Below are positions 1 to 12,769 of a stretch of 64,000 nt of DNA, piece after piece. Origin of the DNA: Dicyema japonicum (taxonomy: Eukaryota > Animalia > Dicyemida); contig RDEW01000042.1 of the NCBI GenBank assembly GCA_011109175.1, positions 254,504-318,503 of the forward strand. The letters are read 5' to 3'. The position numbers and the translations under genes are program-made. The notes beneath the pieces are model-generated. The model did no database searches and was not told the DNA's origin. It worked only from the letters and a program-made list of their open reading frames with translations. How positions within the stretch are numbered: the first letter of the stretch is position 1; each line of letters opens with the position of its first letter.

Positions 1-339
1 CATGAACATTTGTAAGGACGTATCAATTAACGACTACGAAAATCAGAAATTGCAATTAATAGAGGAGAAAGAGTTTCTTGCAATTCTAATACCATTGATG
101 TCCTAGAAAACAAAATCCAGGTCATCCTCATATATTATTCTTAGATTGAAGTGGAAAAATTTTAGCTTCCAAAAACTTATAGAATCCAATAGAAGTTATC
201 TGCAGACATAAGAGAAAATACTTCTGTTGTGCAGTTAAATCGCTGGGAGAATTCGAAGAGTATTCAAGACATGTTGAGGCTGGGATCACCAAATTATTGA
301 GTTAATACTTTTTTGGTAGTCTATGGTTTTAAACAAATA

Positions 340-720
340 ATTAAGTAACCTAGTTGCTCCAAAGGATACTAACCTGATCTCTCTAGGATCTTGACTCTGA
401 AGAACATAATCGTGTACGGGGATTTCAATGACAGGAATCCTGTTGATCTACCAATGGTAAATTGTATAAACGAGGGGAGTGTGTCTCGTTAGAAATTTAA
501 ACCCTCGTCATTCTAAATAACCCTCTCCTACAAGTATGCACAGTTTTAAGACAAAATGAATATAACACCACTCCCAGATATCTCCATTTGCTCTCCGAGC
601 ATTTTTCTCTAGATTTCTCAGTCGGTGGTGTATAACTTTACTTCAACTACAACCTAATATTATGGTAAGTCGAAGATTCAATCGAAGTTGATTCAAAAAA
701 AAGACCTTCATTAATTACAA
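340..720 (+). mobile_element. Degraded APE endonuclease fragment of a LINE
   Basis: Translates with stops as PDLSRILTLKNIIVYGDFNDRNP (GDFN motif); resembles the EN fragment at 2383-2727. Confidence 0.5.
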
Positions 721-1689
721 GCGCTAATTGTGATCAAAATTTAAACAAGAATTTAAGTGATGCTTTTCAGACTTTTCAGTCAGTTGATGTTGTCCATGTG
801 GTTTATTTCGGTAGAATCATGACAAGTGTACCTTGTCAACTTCCAGACATATCTCCTAGTATTCGTATGTAAGCCCAAGCGACTGCTTCTTCATCTGAGG
901 TTCCCGTACCATGAAACATTTACATGGGCTAAAAATACATGTGACAGTCAGACCACATGGTAGTATCTGCGATTTCTGATAGTGTTTATGAGGTTGAACA
1001 TACCATCATAAGTCCCCAGTCTTTGACTGATTCATTTTAAATGGACCTTTTCTGTATAAAAAACTAAGTTTTTAGATCAATTATGACACCGATTTAATTC
1101 TTTCGTAACTCCAAAAAGGTTGCTTTAATTTTTCAATTCCTTCGCTACTCGAATTGAATCTGACAAAAATTTCTTTATTAAAGTTTTTCAATGCGAATTG
1201 TACACAGTTGTAATGATCTTCAGAACTGTGGATTGTGGTTACATTATTAATGCCACGTGCTTAGATTTAGCGATTCTGCAAACCTGTACTTTAAAATCGA
1301 AATGAAACTGAAAATATTTATAAGTCTGGGACTTTTTTATTCTGACCGTTGATAATGGGTTTTTATCTTAAGAAACATCTTCTCAGACATAGATTCCGGG
1401 ATTTTCACGGTCACCTCTTTTCAATAATGATGTCTTATTAGGTTAAATGATAATATCTGTTTTATTGAAGAGATCTAAAATTTCTGCTATGTGAATCTTC
1501 AGTATTTCTCTTTATTTAAGCAAACTTTTTTGGAGAAGTATGAATTTGAGGATCTAAAGTAGTCGAACAAATTCTACTTTAAATTTTTTAACAAAAGGCA
1601 CTGCATTCGGACCAAGGACTCTTGAGATTTCTCTGAATTTTTTTGGAGAAGATCATTCAAAACAACAGCCTTTGTCCCCCGTCTCAACC

Positions 1690-2730
1690 TACACGATAGG
1701 GACGCATAAACTGTTCAAACCCTAAAATATGCTTAATCCCCCAGTTAATTCCTCATTCATGTGAGGTATTCCCCAGATAACCATATTTCTCCATTTAATT
1801 CCTTCATTCATGTGAGGTAGTCCATGTTTTATATAAAATCATTTAAATAAAATAGAAACTGCTTTTTAATAATCCTCCTGAACCCACTAACGAAAAAGCA
1901 CATAACGATGTACTTTGTCTTTCCGATTTATGGTCGCATTCAACATTTAGCAGGTCCCAAGGAATAAAAATATGGTCAGCTTTCTGAATGGCAGCGCTGA
2001 ATATTTCTGCGGACTCATCAATAGAGCGTATTGGGGCGGATAATCTCCGGGCCAAGAATTTATCCACAAGGTTACTGAAACCGGACCAGTCAACTTTAGT
2101 GTAATCCTTGAATCTTTTTGATTCTGCCGGCCGTCTCCTGTATCGTCAAAGACCTCTCAATTTTAGAAGGATTGGATTGTGGTCACTGGAAAAGCCGTAA
2201 AAGACGTTCCAAGAAATGAGTCCTGCCAGAGAAGGTGAGCATAGTGTTAAGTCGGGGTATGTGCAGCTATCAGTCATCCTTAATGGGGTCCTCGTATGTG
2301 AGTTAGGGTTGTTCAGTATAATCAGGTCAGGAAGATAATTTGCAATGTGTTTTCCTCGGTTATCAGAGGATTGGGAAGTGAGCTAAACTGGATGTCGTGC
2401 ATTAAGATCCTGACATAACTGTAGATTTTTCAATGTTGAAATGCGTGATAAATCAGGGGTGTAAGATGACGAACACGATCCTTGTGGAGGAATATATAAA
2501 TTAGCCAATTGGATCCAAAAGGACGAGAATAACACGATTTTGACAGTAATCTGCTCCAAAGTCTTGTCGGTGCCAAAAAGCTCTGAGGTTCGTTGAGTTG
2601 TATCCATAAAAGAAATATCGTTCTTTATAATAGTAAGTAGTCCTCCTCCGCGTCCTCCCTGACGATCTTTACGGATCACTGTGTATCCAGGAAAAGAGGG
2701 TGTTGGTATGGAGACATTTCTCAGCAACGA
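1690..2730 (-). mobile_element. LINE fragment (Jockey/I-like), APE endonuclease domain
   Basis: ORF 2383-2727: GYTVIRKDRQGGRGGGLLTIIK, NLYIPP, DLNARH; downstream YPDLTLCS and SSDHNPIL motifs in shifted frames. Confidence 0.75.
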
Positions 2731-2859
2731 CAGCCATTAACCAGCAATCCTAAATTATTTCAAATTAATTATATATTTGTTTATATTTACGAGCTAAAAC
2801 ATCAAGCGTTTGCTCCTTATCTTCTTAATAAATAAAAAGTACAAGCAAGGTAACTTTCA

Positions 2860-3080
2860 TCCCGTATTTATCGCTAGTTATCGGATCCACTTTCCTGGGA
2901 GACGCCCATACTTCGGAGGCATTTGCAAGGATCCATCTCTCCATTCCTCTGGGAGATAATTTTGCTCCCTGGCGACAAGCTCTGCCTTTGACTACAGGTT
3001 TGATGGCAATGTCCTCTGGATCGCTGTACTACTGTTACGTGTCAGGATAACGTGATTAGTTATATTGGTTTTACCCTTGA
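2860..3080 (-). mobile_element. Reverse transcriptase relic
   Basis: CRQGAKLSP motif (QG..LSP); nucleotide-similar to 60400-60640. Confidence 0.45.
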
Positions 3081-3184
3081 TCTTTTGAATAATTTTACTT
3101 GATCTTTTGAATAATTTTAAAAAATAAGAGTGTATTTGAATATATTTGAATAAATTAGAACTTCCAAAAGTCTTCAGTTCCCTT

Positions 3185-3259
3185 TTTTTTATTGATTCCG
3201 GATACACCGAGAAAAAAGGTAAAGTAAACAACTAATTAAGTTTATCCAGTTTCCACTTC
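3185..3259 (-). repeat. 5'-truncated SINE/LINE 3' tail
   Basis: Reverse complement nearly identical to 17258-17330 (gaagtggaaactggat..acttaattagttgtttacttta..tctcggtgtatccgg), ending in an A-rich tail. Confidence 0.7.
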
Positions 3260-5499
3260 TATTATTGAAGACAATAATGAGTAAATAAAATTGGTTTGTA
3301 TTCAATATTAAATTTAGACATTAGCGTTAACCTGATTTACTCTGGTGATTTACTGAAACTGAAAGAAATTGTCATGAAAAACACGGATAAGGTTATGACT
3401 GCGGGGGAACTTGTTCTTGTTTACAGTCACTCCCAATTTAACATTATCTAAGAACTAATTTTTGGTTTATCGAGGATCAACTAATGTTCGATTCCCCATA
3501 TTTCTTAGTGGCGTTAAAAACAACTCGTCGCCTTCGCCGACCATAACTTGCCTCTCCTCTTACATTATAGAGACAGCCATGACGATTTGATTGACACTTT
3601 GAAGACGCATAGGGACATTCGGTAGAAAAGAGAAGTGGTCTACTGACCAAGTATACTTTTTCTGCGCTCTCATTTGACGGAAACCGTGATATTTGCAGGA
3701 AATACAAAATTTTTTGTTGTATATTGAGATAACCGATGGTAATTCACTTTCTTTTACTTTCAGTTCCTTGAAAACTGTTGAAAACCTCAGAAGGGTTAAT
3801 GGTTACCTGTTGATAGAATAATGGTAGAGACAGGTCGTGACACCTATTTTCGGATTCTCCCTGCTGTTCAATGAAACGTATCTGGGAAGCAGACAAGTAC
3901 ATAAAAACGAGATGGCCAACTCTGAAAAACCATAAATGGACAGAAGGATAACTAATTCAAGGACGAATGGGCCTTCCTGCATAGTTAGCTCGGATTTTTA
4001 TGATTTAAAGCAAAGTCACCAATTATAGCTGCTTATAAGGGAATGGACCTCATTGGCAGAAGTGATTATGTAATATTACTTATTCATTGTTCTTTGGGGG
4101 AAAAGATACTCGATTAAAATGTGAAATTAAAATTGTTCTTGTAAAATAGAGTGGTAGCTATGTTAGATTCTTGAAGATGCTCTTAAATTGATCTACGTGG
4201 TTGAGTAGCATTGAAAATGACTATATGTATGAAAAATAAAGTGGTAACTGACTGTCATACTGGAGACTTACAATATTTGGTTCTTCTATCAAAATAGAGC
4301 ATCTATTCGTATTAATGAAGTATTTTAACCTAACTTAGTATTTCAGGGAAAAAAATACAGTTTATTAGTTAGAAAGACAGGCAAAAGACTACGCCGCTCA
4401 TTCCGAGCACTTTTAGTAACTTATTTTGAGTATTTTGAGGAAGCACTCGCCCTTCTCTAAAACACTTTCTGTGTAGATCTTTTGATCGCCTATTTTTGTC
4501 TCTTTCTCTTAGCGGACACAAAACATTGGTTTAAGGATTTTATGTTCTATTTAATCATCTTTATTGGTTGTTTGAAGTCCTTCATATTCCATGTCGTCTT
4601 CAATTCCTGGATGAACTTCAAATCCATTCTCACCTTTAACTTTACTTATCTCAATCAACTAATATATTGAAGATCATCCAGTTGACTCTTTCAGATTCCT
4701 CCCTTGTATCATCTACAGTCATCTGCGTCCCCATCTACACGATTTGTTTTCTGGTTCAAAACGCTTTATTTTTCCCCCTTCTCAGATAAACTCCCACTCA
4801 AGTCACCCTAATACATACACTGTTCTCTCCCATAAAGAGTAAAGTATTCTTGTAATGAGCTGATTTTGCCAAACGTCAAAGTGATGACTGCGAACCTTTA
4901 AGAGACACAAGTATATTCGATAGTAAAAGCAATGGTTTGTCTGTATAGTATATAAATGCAGTCTTCTACTAGGGTGTGAACTCTTCCCCATCATCGTTTC
5001 CTCCATAAGGGTCTACACGTCCGAAGTGATGTCTACAAGTTTAAGTTCTTTCTGATATAAAAATAGATGCCATCCCCCTTTCTTCATTCGGTGAACCCGA
5101 TTTGCATAGAAGAACCCCGTATAGATTTGGATGGCAATTTTTACTCGCATCAGGACAGAGTGCTTAAGGTATCTTTCCTCTTTATGCTCAATCGAGATAT
5201 CATTCTTATTGTGGTTTGAAGATATCCATTAAGAAAATGAGAAGTGAAATCACACGTGGGAAGAGAGTATGTGTCCTCCAAAATTTTTTTTAATTACCTC
5301 GGATATAGCTGGAAGAAGTTTAATCCAGTTTTCACTGTCAGAATAAGACGCATCCTTTCCAATTATAAACATCATCAATATTAACCAACATGGAACTCCT
5401 CTATCGGAGTAGGGATCTTTATATGACTGCCAGACACTGAGCATCTCCTGATTCAGGTTATTATCATTACTCCATGATCACCGGGTTAAAAAGAAAAAT

Positions 5500-7010
5500 A
5501 GAAAGTTTTAATTAAGTAACCCCAGACCGACAAGTTGTAGGTCCAATCGGAGGTGGACAAAAATCCTAGATGACTCTCCAGAAAAGACATGTGGTTATTT
5601 TGTAAGTAATGGACTTTTAAAGTATTTGTTCATGGCTTCATAGTTATGCAGAGTAGCTGCCCTCACAATCTTCTGTTGTCGTCTAATCAAAACTGCTTCC
5701 AGAGGGGCAGACTTCAAATTGCGACCATTTTGGTAGATTCCTGGATAGCGGACAGCTTCTTCCGAGGGGTTTTGAAATTATTTTTAGGATCTTCATTCTG
5801 GTAAGTGCCGCAGTGGTTCGATTCTTAAAATTTTTGCCAAGTCCTTGGTCAACGTCACTCCCAAGATGGTTGGTGCGGTGGAAAAAGAGATTGTCACATT
5901 GTTAATCATGGTCTTTGGCCTCCTTTTATAATCTTGTCCGCAGTAAAGAGGGTCATAAATTAAAAAAATGATTTTGTAGTTGACACCCCCAGGTTTAGCC
6001 TTCCAACCATTGAGTTAAGGAATTGAGCACTCCTTGAACCATTAAAGCGGAGACTTCGTAGTCTCTTGTAGTAATGACTATGTCGTCTGCATATGAAAAG
6101 AAGAGACAGTTTTCATCTGTGGACTGTGGCATGTTGACAATCGTGGGGACGAGAAAAAGCGAGTCCTCGAGTTCACATGTTGAGATTACCGCCCACGCCT
6201 TCCGCTAAGAAAGTTAGTGAGCCATCTATGCATGTTAGGGTGGATATCCTTTCAAATATCATATTCCTTAGAGACTTTTCCGGGACTACTGCTTTGGTAA
6301 TGTCAAAAGAAACAAGACAACCCTTAAATGTGGTTTCGGTGAGTTAAATCCTTCTAAGATAAATTGTGAGAGGGTCGTCAAGTGTGTACAAGTTGAATGG
6401 TTAGCTCGGAACTCTTGAAAGACAAACATAAGGATGTCATCTAGAATACTATCGAGGACAATCCTTTGAAGAATTCTCTAAGTCGCGCATAGGATTTATA
6501 TTGGAATATATGATGAAAATTCCTCTGCGGGATTGCCAGCCTTCCCAATTAATTTTATGAGTACTCTTTCAAAATTCCGGACACAGTTCGTATTTATCGA
6601 CGTATTAAATATTAGAGCTAACATTTAAGCGCTACAAGGCCAAGATGCCTCAGTTCCATAGTGGAGATGGAATCCGGTTTTCCGGCTCTGAGTTGCGAGT
6701 CATAGATATTGCCCGATGGACACTTCCAGAGAATACGGTCCAATCTGTGGAGTTTGGTTTAATCCTCTTCAAGTAAACACGGTGATCTCCGGAGAATTCT
6801 TTGTGTGATACTAAAGCATAATAGTCAATCAGAGGTGTTGAGGTGAACATGGATTTCTTCTAGATGTTGTTCAGTGCTAGTTCTGTTAGATTTGATAGTA
6901 TTCCAGACCCTTCGATGGGTTTAGAGAATGATCTTGGGATTGCTTCACCTACCGTACTTAATAGCTCCTGGTCTCCTTTTAAAAATTAACGATCGACATT
7001 TGTTGCATCT
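5500..7010 (-). mobile_element. Degraded LINE reverse transcriptase
   Basis: FSYADD near 6080-6098 and LVSFDITKA near 6290-6320; many stops and frameshifts. Confidence 0.7.
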
Positions 7011-7039
7011 TACTTAGCTGCTGGCCCCTACAAGTAAGG

Positions 7040-7296
7040 AAATAATAATAACACCTGAGACCACGGTTGCACAAACTAACTAATCACGTGAACCCAGCAC
7101 GCTCTAGCAGGGACCTCATCTTGGCCCGATGCTCCTCCCTCGACCCCACACAAGCACGCATCGGTCGTGTAGTAAAGTGTAGTATCTGTTCTTTCCAGCT
7201 ATATATCTGGGACGCCCTTACAAGGTGCAAGATATAATGCTTATTTTTGTAACTTGTTGTGTGTTGCGAAGCTTGCTTCCGCCATATGCCAGAAGA
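7040..7296 (-). mobile_element. Probable LINE 3' end
   Basis: ORF end followed by a short UTR and a (TTA)n tail. Confidence 0.35.
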
Positions 7297-7304
7297 AACG
7301 TACA

Positions 7305-8770
7305 ATTCATTACGTAAAGCGTTACCCGCTTAAAAACATTTTGGCTTGGACATCAATGTTAACAAATCAGATCTAATAAATGTCTCATATCCATACACTG
7401 ACTTCCTCTCTATCAAGGAGTCTTTTAACGAACTGCTTCCTGGGATCCCGACTGTGCCAGTTGATAAATTATATTTCCTCGGATGCCCACTCAGCGAAGA
7501 AGAACTCAAGAACCATTTACTTTCCAAAAATGAAGAATTAACACGCCTTGCGAAAAGATTGTCATGTCTCGACTCTCACACATCTTTCTTCCTGATGAGA
7601 AACAACATCGGACTACCCAAGCTTTTGTATCTACTCCGATGTTCACCCTGCTACGAACAATATGACATTCTACTTTCAATAGACAAGTCTCTCAAGCAAA
7701 CAGTCGAGTCATTAATTAACGTCCGCTTCGACGAACTTGGTTGGAAACAATGTAAGCTTCCCTCTGGATTTGGGGGTGTCGGAATGAGATCGGCGCTGGA
7801 GGTTGCGTACCCGGCATACCTATCGTCTCTCTCAAGCTGCAGCCATTTGACACGGCAAGTCCTTCATAACACAATTTGACTTTCTGGAATGAGTCATTTG
7901 ACGAAGCTTGTCGGAAATGGAACGGGTCCGGACTCAAAATCCACGAAGACACAACGAAGCAAAGAAATTGGGATGACATTGTCTGCTTCAAAATTTTGGA
8001 AGACCTTAAAAAAGAAGCAAATCAACATCGTCTGGTTTGTTTGGTGTCAGCTTCAAGTAGAGGGAGTGGGAGCATGGCTTGGTGCAATACCTTGCCCAAA
8101 CCTCGGGACCTTTTTGGACGACGATTCTTTGAGGATTGGAATCGGACAAAGGCTGGGACTAGACGTTTGCCAGGAGCACCGATACCGATGCGGGAAAACA
8201 GTCGATGCGAAAGGATTGCACCCGCTGTCCTGCAGAAGAAGCGCCGGAAGGGGACCACGTCATGCTGCTCTGAATGATGTGATCGTCAGAGCTCTGAAGG
8301 CTTCAGGCTTCCCAGCACAGCTTGAACCAGTGAGTCTTGATCGAGGAGATGGGAAAAGACCTGACGGGATGACCCTTTTCCCCTTCACGTCTGGAAGATC
8401 TTTGGTCTGGGACGCAACTTGCATAGACACGTTCTCAAGCACGAACATTTTTAAATCTGTTCAGACACCTGGAGCAGCTGCTTCGACTGCGGAAAACCTA
8501 AAAATCAAGAAATATTCTTGCCTCGGGGATCGCTACCGATTTACTCCTGTTGCGACCGAATCATCGGGAGCCGTTGGTCAATGACGGCTGAATTCTTGCA
8601 AGAACTCGGAGGATTGCTTGCCAGAAAGAAAAGGGATCAACGAGAAGGGTTATGGCTAAGACAAAAGATTGGAATAGCCATACTCCGAGGGAACTCGTTC
8701 GCAATCCACGCAGCAGGCTTACTCAACTGACATTTGTTTAATTGTTAAAAAAATTTTTTGTTAAAAAAAA
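7305..8770 (+). mobile_element. 5'-truncated CRE-like non-LTR retrotransposon (RT thumb, CCHC knuckle, restriction-like endonuclease)
   Basis: Frameshifted ORFs 7346-7879, 7889-8584, 8518-8730: PKLLYLLRCSPC, LPSGFGGVG, RH..LN, KRPDGMT..WDATC..KKY..PVATE..RGNS; T/A-rich tail. Confidence 0.9.
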
Positions 8771-9899
8771 ATTATCTCTAATAAATTTTCATAAAATTTC
8801 CTGTTAATCTTGTTGATCATTTCTGTGGCAAATGTTTTATTGTTTAAAAATACATTGACAGAAGACTTAATTTCTACGAATTAAGTGGATAGTTAAACCA
8901 CTGAGACTGAGTTATCAGACTTCAAAAAAGTGATGTAAATTTACAGAAAGAATTCCGTAAATAATTGATGGTGAGAACTTTACCAGAAGATTTCTAGTTT
9001 CTAAATATGAAGTTAAGAACGTGGGAAATGTTAACGTCAGTCTTCCAAAAAGGCGAAATTTAACGAGTAAATTTAATTTCGAATCATCACACTGCGTATT
9101 GTTTGAATACGTAGAGGAACCCAATGTTTATGGGGATTTGTTTCCTATACCTCTGATTAAGACAGGACGCTCCCAGAGATCCATTACTTATACTTCGAAC
9201 TCTGGTGGTCATTGTCAAGGAAAGAGATCCCGAACTACTCTCCCAGCCAGAGATGGATGATGCCACATCGTAAACGAGAAAGTTCCACTCTGACGGCCCT
9301 TAGAAAATGCAGTTCTGGGGACTTCTCTTCAAAAGATGTTGGGAGAATCACTCGGGATATACCTCTGTCCTCACCTAGTTCCCTTACGTTATAAATGACC
9401 ATAAGTATATTCCCAATGAGAGGATAAACATTCTCAAAATAACCCCAAGCCACAATATAAAGTCAATAGAAAAGACATTAATTTAATTTAGTAAAGGAAT
9501 CATTAATAATTAATCCAATTTTGAGTAAAATTTATCTTTGTTTTTCAGCATATAAGCACACAAATAATCGATAGGGTTTTCCGGCCTAGCAAATAGTAAT
9601 GGGTTTGACCTGTCACGTGCTATCGCGGTTATTCCTTGAATTAAAATAAGAACAACTGTACAATTAATGTAGTCCCTAGTTTGCATGGATTGTAGATCCG
9701 CTTTTGTAAGTTCAGAGTATTTGTTACGTTCAGCGAATGAGATGTGCTGTTGTATTTAAATATTCCTACTTTGACAGTTTCATGGATTAAATCGTTACTT
9801 TTTTCAAATTTAGGCGACTTTATTGACTGTGGATTCTCTTCTGCGGACATTACTGTGGTTTTAAGATTTTAATAAATTGAAAAATCAATTTTAAATATT

Positions 9900-10657
9900 T
9901 TATTTTGTAGAACAAAATGGTCTCCACCGATGTGATCGACTTTGAGTTGCCTCTCACGGTTGCAACAGAGATCAAATGGATAAGCCAATGGGTCTTACGT
10001 GCGTCGTGGCCTTTGAGTGAGCCAAATGTCACAGTTCTTGAGGAAATGACACGATTTCCCGTTTATTCCCCCAGTTGCTTTATAAGTGTAATTCTACAGA
10101 GACCCCACAGTTTAATTTACAATCACGTTTTCATTAATGTTAATCAGCCTATTATTAGTAATAATCTTCATAATATAATTCCTTCATAATTAATGTATAT
10201 AGCGGACTCCAGTGTACACTACAGCATTGTTCAGTTGATTATAGGAATCTCCCACGTAATGCCCATATATCTCAACGGCTCCACTATCAGTATTTGTGTG
10301 CTAAACATTTTCATTAAAAAAATATTTCACAGTTTAACTTACAATTTCGTTTTTGCTATTAAAATGATAAACAACACTATTATTAGTAAATACTGAGAAC
10401 ATAATAATTTAATGCATCTTCATTTTCCATCCTGCACTTCCATTTTGAATTTCTATAAACGCCACTGGATCTTCATAACTAGGGAATCCCCAAAACCCGA
10501 CTGCATCCTTATCTTCCCGGGGGTTCAACTACGTATACTCTGAAAGTCCGTTGGAAACTATGCACCACACCCCACTTTGACTAGTACAACTGATGAAACC
10601 TATTTCATGTATATCACTGGTTATCATAAAGTATCTCCCATCTTTAAATTCCCTCAT
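9900..10657 (-). CDS. Putative lineage-specific gene with short introns and an internal duplication
   Basis: ATG at 10657; open exons joinable through short GT-AG introns (MREFKDG..WCI|LNPREDKDAVGFWGFPSYEDP..); frame not fully resolvable; no homolog recognised. Confidence 0.35.
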
Positions 10658-10699
10658 AAAAAGAGTTGAAAAATAAAAACAACAAAAAAGAAAAGCAAA

Positions 10700-11704
10700 T
10701 TACATCATAGACATAAAGAATTTATGCAGAATGCATTTACTGGCATCATTAGTGATCCCCCTACACGCCTACAATAACAATAACCCAACCTCACAGCCAC
10801 AGTAAGGCATATACTCGGCCGCACATTTATAGCGTTCCTTCAAAAACCTATACTTCAGATTGGGTTCTCCCGGATCCCCATTAATTCTCAACATATCACA
10901 GTAAAATAGATTATCAAGAATCCTCACAACCTCAGCCGTGGTTAGATCCACTGAGTGCTCCTGCCTCATCCACTGTCCCACCTCCTCGGGGGAGAAAAAT
11001 GAAGCCATTTTTTCCTCATTCTTAGTCACACACACTAACACAACCACTTCCTTGTACTTATTCTCAGCAAATTCAAGACACAGCTTCTTGACCAGGTCCA
11101 CTAACTGATGGTTCACCTTACCGTCCTCCTTATTCCGGAAAATGTTTCCCCGATTGGACTGCTCAACTTCATGCTCCTTTAGAATGTACACTCGCTCTCT
11201 TTTCTACTGTAAGCATAACCCAGCCAACCTGTGTTGAAAACGCGGCAACCACGGATCCATTCCCAGTTAGGGTCTTGAGGGATTGCTGTACAGCACGTGG
11301 GCGGGCACCCCTTATCTGATTCTTGATTTCACGTGTTGTCAAGCCTTTGGTTATATACAAGGCAACCCGTGGCTTGTGCTTCGGCGATCATATCTAGGAC
11401 CAATTGATCGGTGTTGGAGAATTCGTATGTAGATTGAGCCTCCTTCTTACTGAGTCGGTAATGGATAGATCCCCCAGTCATTGAGATATCAATAATTCCC
11501 TAAAATAAAATAAATGACTACTTCGGAGGTGAGCTGGTTTATAACGAATACAAAGTCGGTGAGTTTGTCTTGACCAACAACACCTTCGAAATCATTATGA
11601 CTAATCCCATCTGGGTGTTCAGAGCATACTCGGATGATTCTATTGGTGGATTAAATATAATACAATTCTCGAAGTGGTAAGTTTTGTCCAACTACAGATT
11701 GCAT
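10700..11704 (-). CDS. POLR3F: DNA-directed RNA polymerase III subunit RPC6 (C39/C34)
   Basis: Removing introns 11640-11663, 11500-11521, 11345-11366, 11204-11228, 11021-11047 and 10769-10789 gives an open ORF MQSVVG..IIRVCSEHPDGIS..QLVLDMIAEAQATGLTTREIK..KRERVYIL..VDLTTAEVVRILDNLFY..PYCGCEAC..KCIL, colinear with RPC6 winged helices and the Cys-rich tail. Confidence 0.9.
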
Positions 11705-11963
11705 GACTAGAAAGAAGCGATTTTAAAATCGATGTAAAATTTTATTATTATTTAATAAATATATTGTGTTAAAATTATTGCATAATTAAAATTAATTATT
11801 TTTTATTTTAGCCACTTTAATTCTCCAGGGAAAGTTTCGATAACTAGTGACAAGGTGTGGTCGTATAGTAGACAGTGACTACTTGCAAGGTTCATAATGA
11901 GGTAGTTAAATGCATAATTCTGTACTTATGCCGTCAATGTAAAATTAAGAAGACTTGGCGACT

Positions 11964-12390
11964 TATTTATTTATTTAATAACCCCGAAAAGGGAACACCA
12001 AGAAAGAAGGAGTAAACCAACTAATTAAGTGATCCCGGTACGCCTCAACAGGATCGAGAGGTTTTTCCTATGTTCCTCCAGAGTACCCACGGCTTTCCTG
12101 AATAGACGACGATCATCTTTCATTAGAGTTTGAAGAGGGGTGGGTTTTTCCCCAAATTTCGTGTATTTGAGGCCTCTAGCCTTGAATGGAAGAAACGACT
12201 TGTTTCTTGACCACACAGACCGATGAAGCCGGAGCCATTATTTTTGATTGCGGCGTGGTCAAGCATTGGGGGAAAAGATCGGGGGTAGATTCGTTAGACG
12301 TGCTAGTTTGCCAATTAGGGTATTGATCTTGAGTGAATTTGATATCGAAGCTCCATAGCCCATGAGGCACAAGCATACTCAATCGTCGGT
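11964..12390 (-). mobile_element. LINE 3' end fragment
   Basis: ORF ends ..RRTGIT* within cacttaattag, then ..cggggttatt and (TAAA)n; same tail family as 29300-29372 and 17258-17337. Confidence 0.65.
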
Positions 12391-12769
12391 TTTAGGAGTT
12401 GATTGAATTTTAAAAAAATACTCGCCATTTAATTATTACTGCTAAACTTTGACTGTTACTAACATACTTTAGAAATTGATTGTTAATTTTTTTAAGGAAA
12501 CTAACATACCTTTTGAAATGTTAATTTTTTAATTCATTTCGTCTGGTAATTATTTAAGTTTACTAAGAAATAACAAATGAGAATATTTAAGTTAAATTAA
12601 TTTCTTGTATTTTTAAAGTAAACACTGCAGATTACGTTATGGGGGAGTTAATACGAAACTGTAGGCTTCCAACTGACTTTATTCATAGAGACACTTTGAG
12701 TTTTTATAATCACTAAACTTTGATCTCTTAAGTTCTACCAATAAAGGAGTACAAGTAGTATAAAAATAA

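Noticed and set aside
1-330. Possible host exons with 19-22 nt introns (also 3260-3800 and 63730-64000)
   Set aside because: Frames break and no recognisable protein; cannot be supported
1745-1819. 24-bp direct repeat with a spacer (ttaattcctcattcatgtgaggta), superficially CRISPR-like
   Set aside because: Only two units, eukaryotic context, no cas genes; a local duplication at a LINE edge
7346-8730. Overlapping ORFs suggesting programmed frameshifting
   Set aside because: Frameshifts occur throughout TEs and host genes; decay or sequencing indels are sufficient
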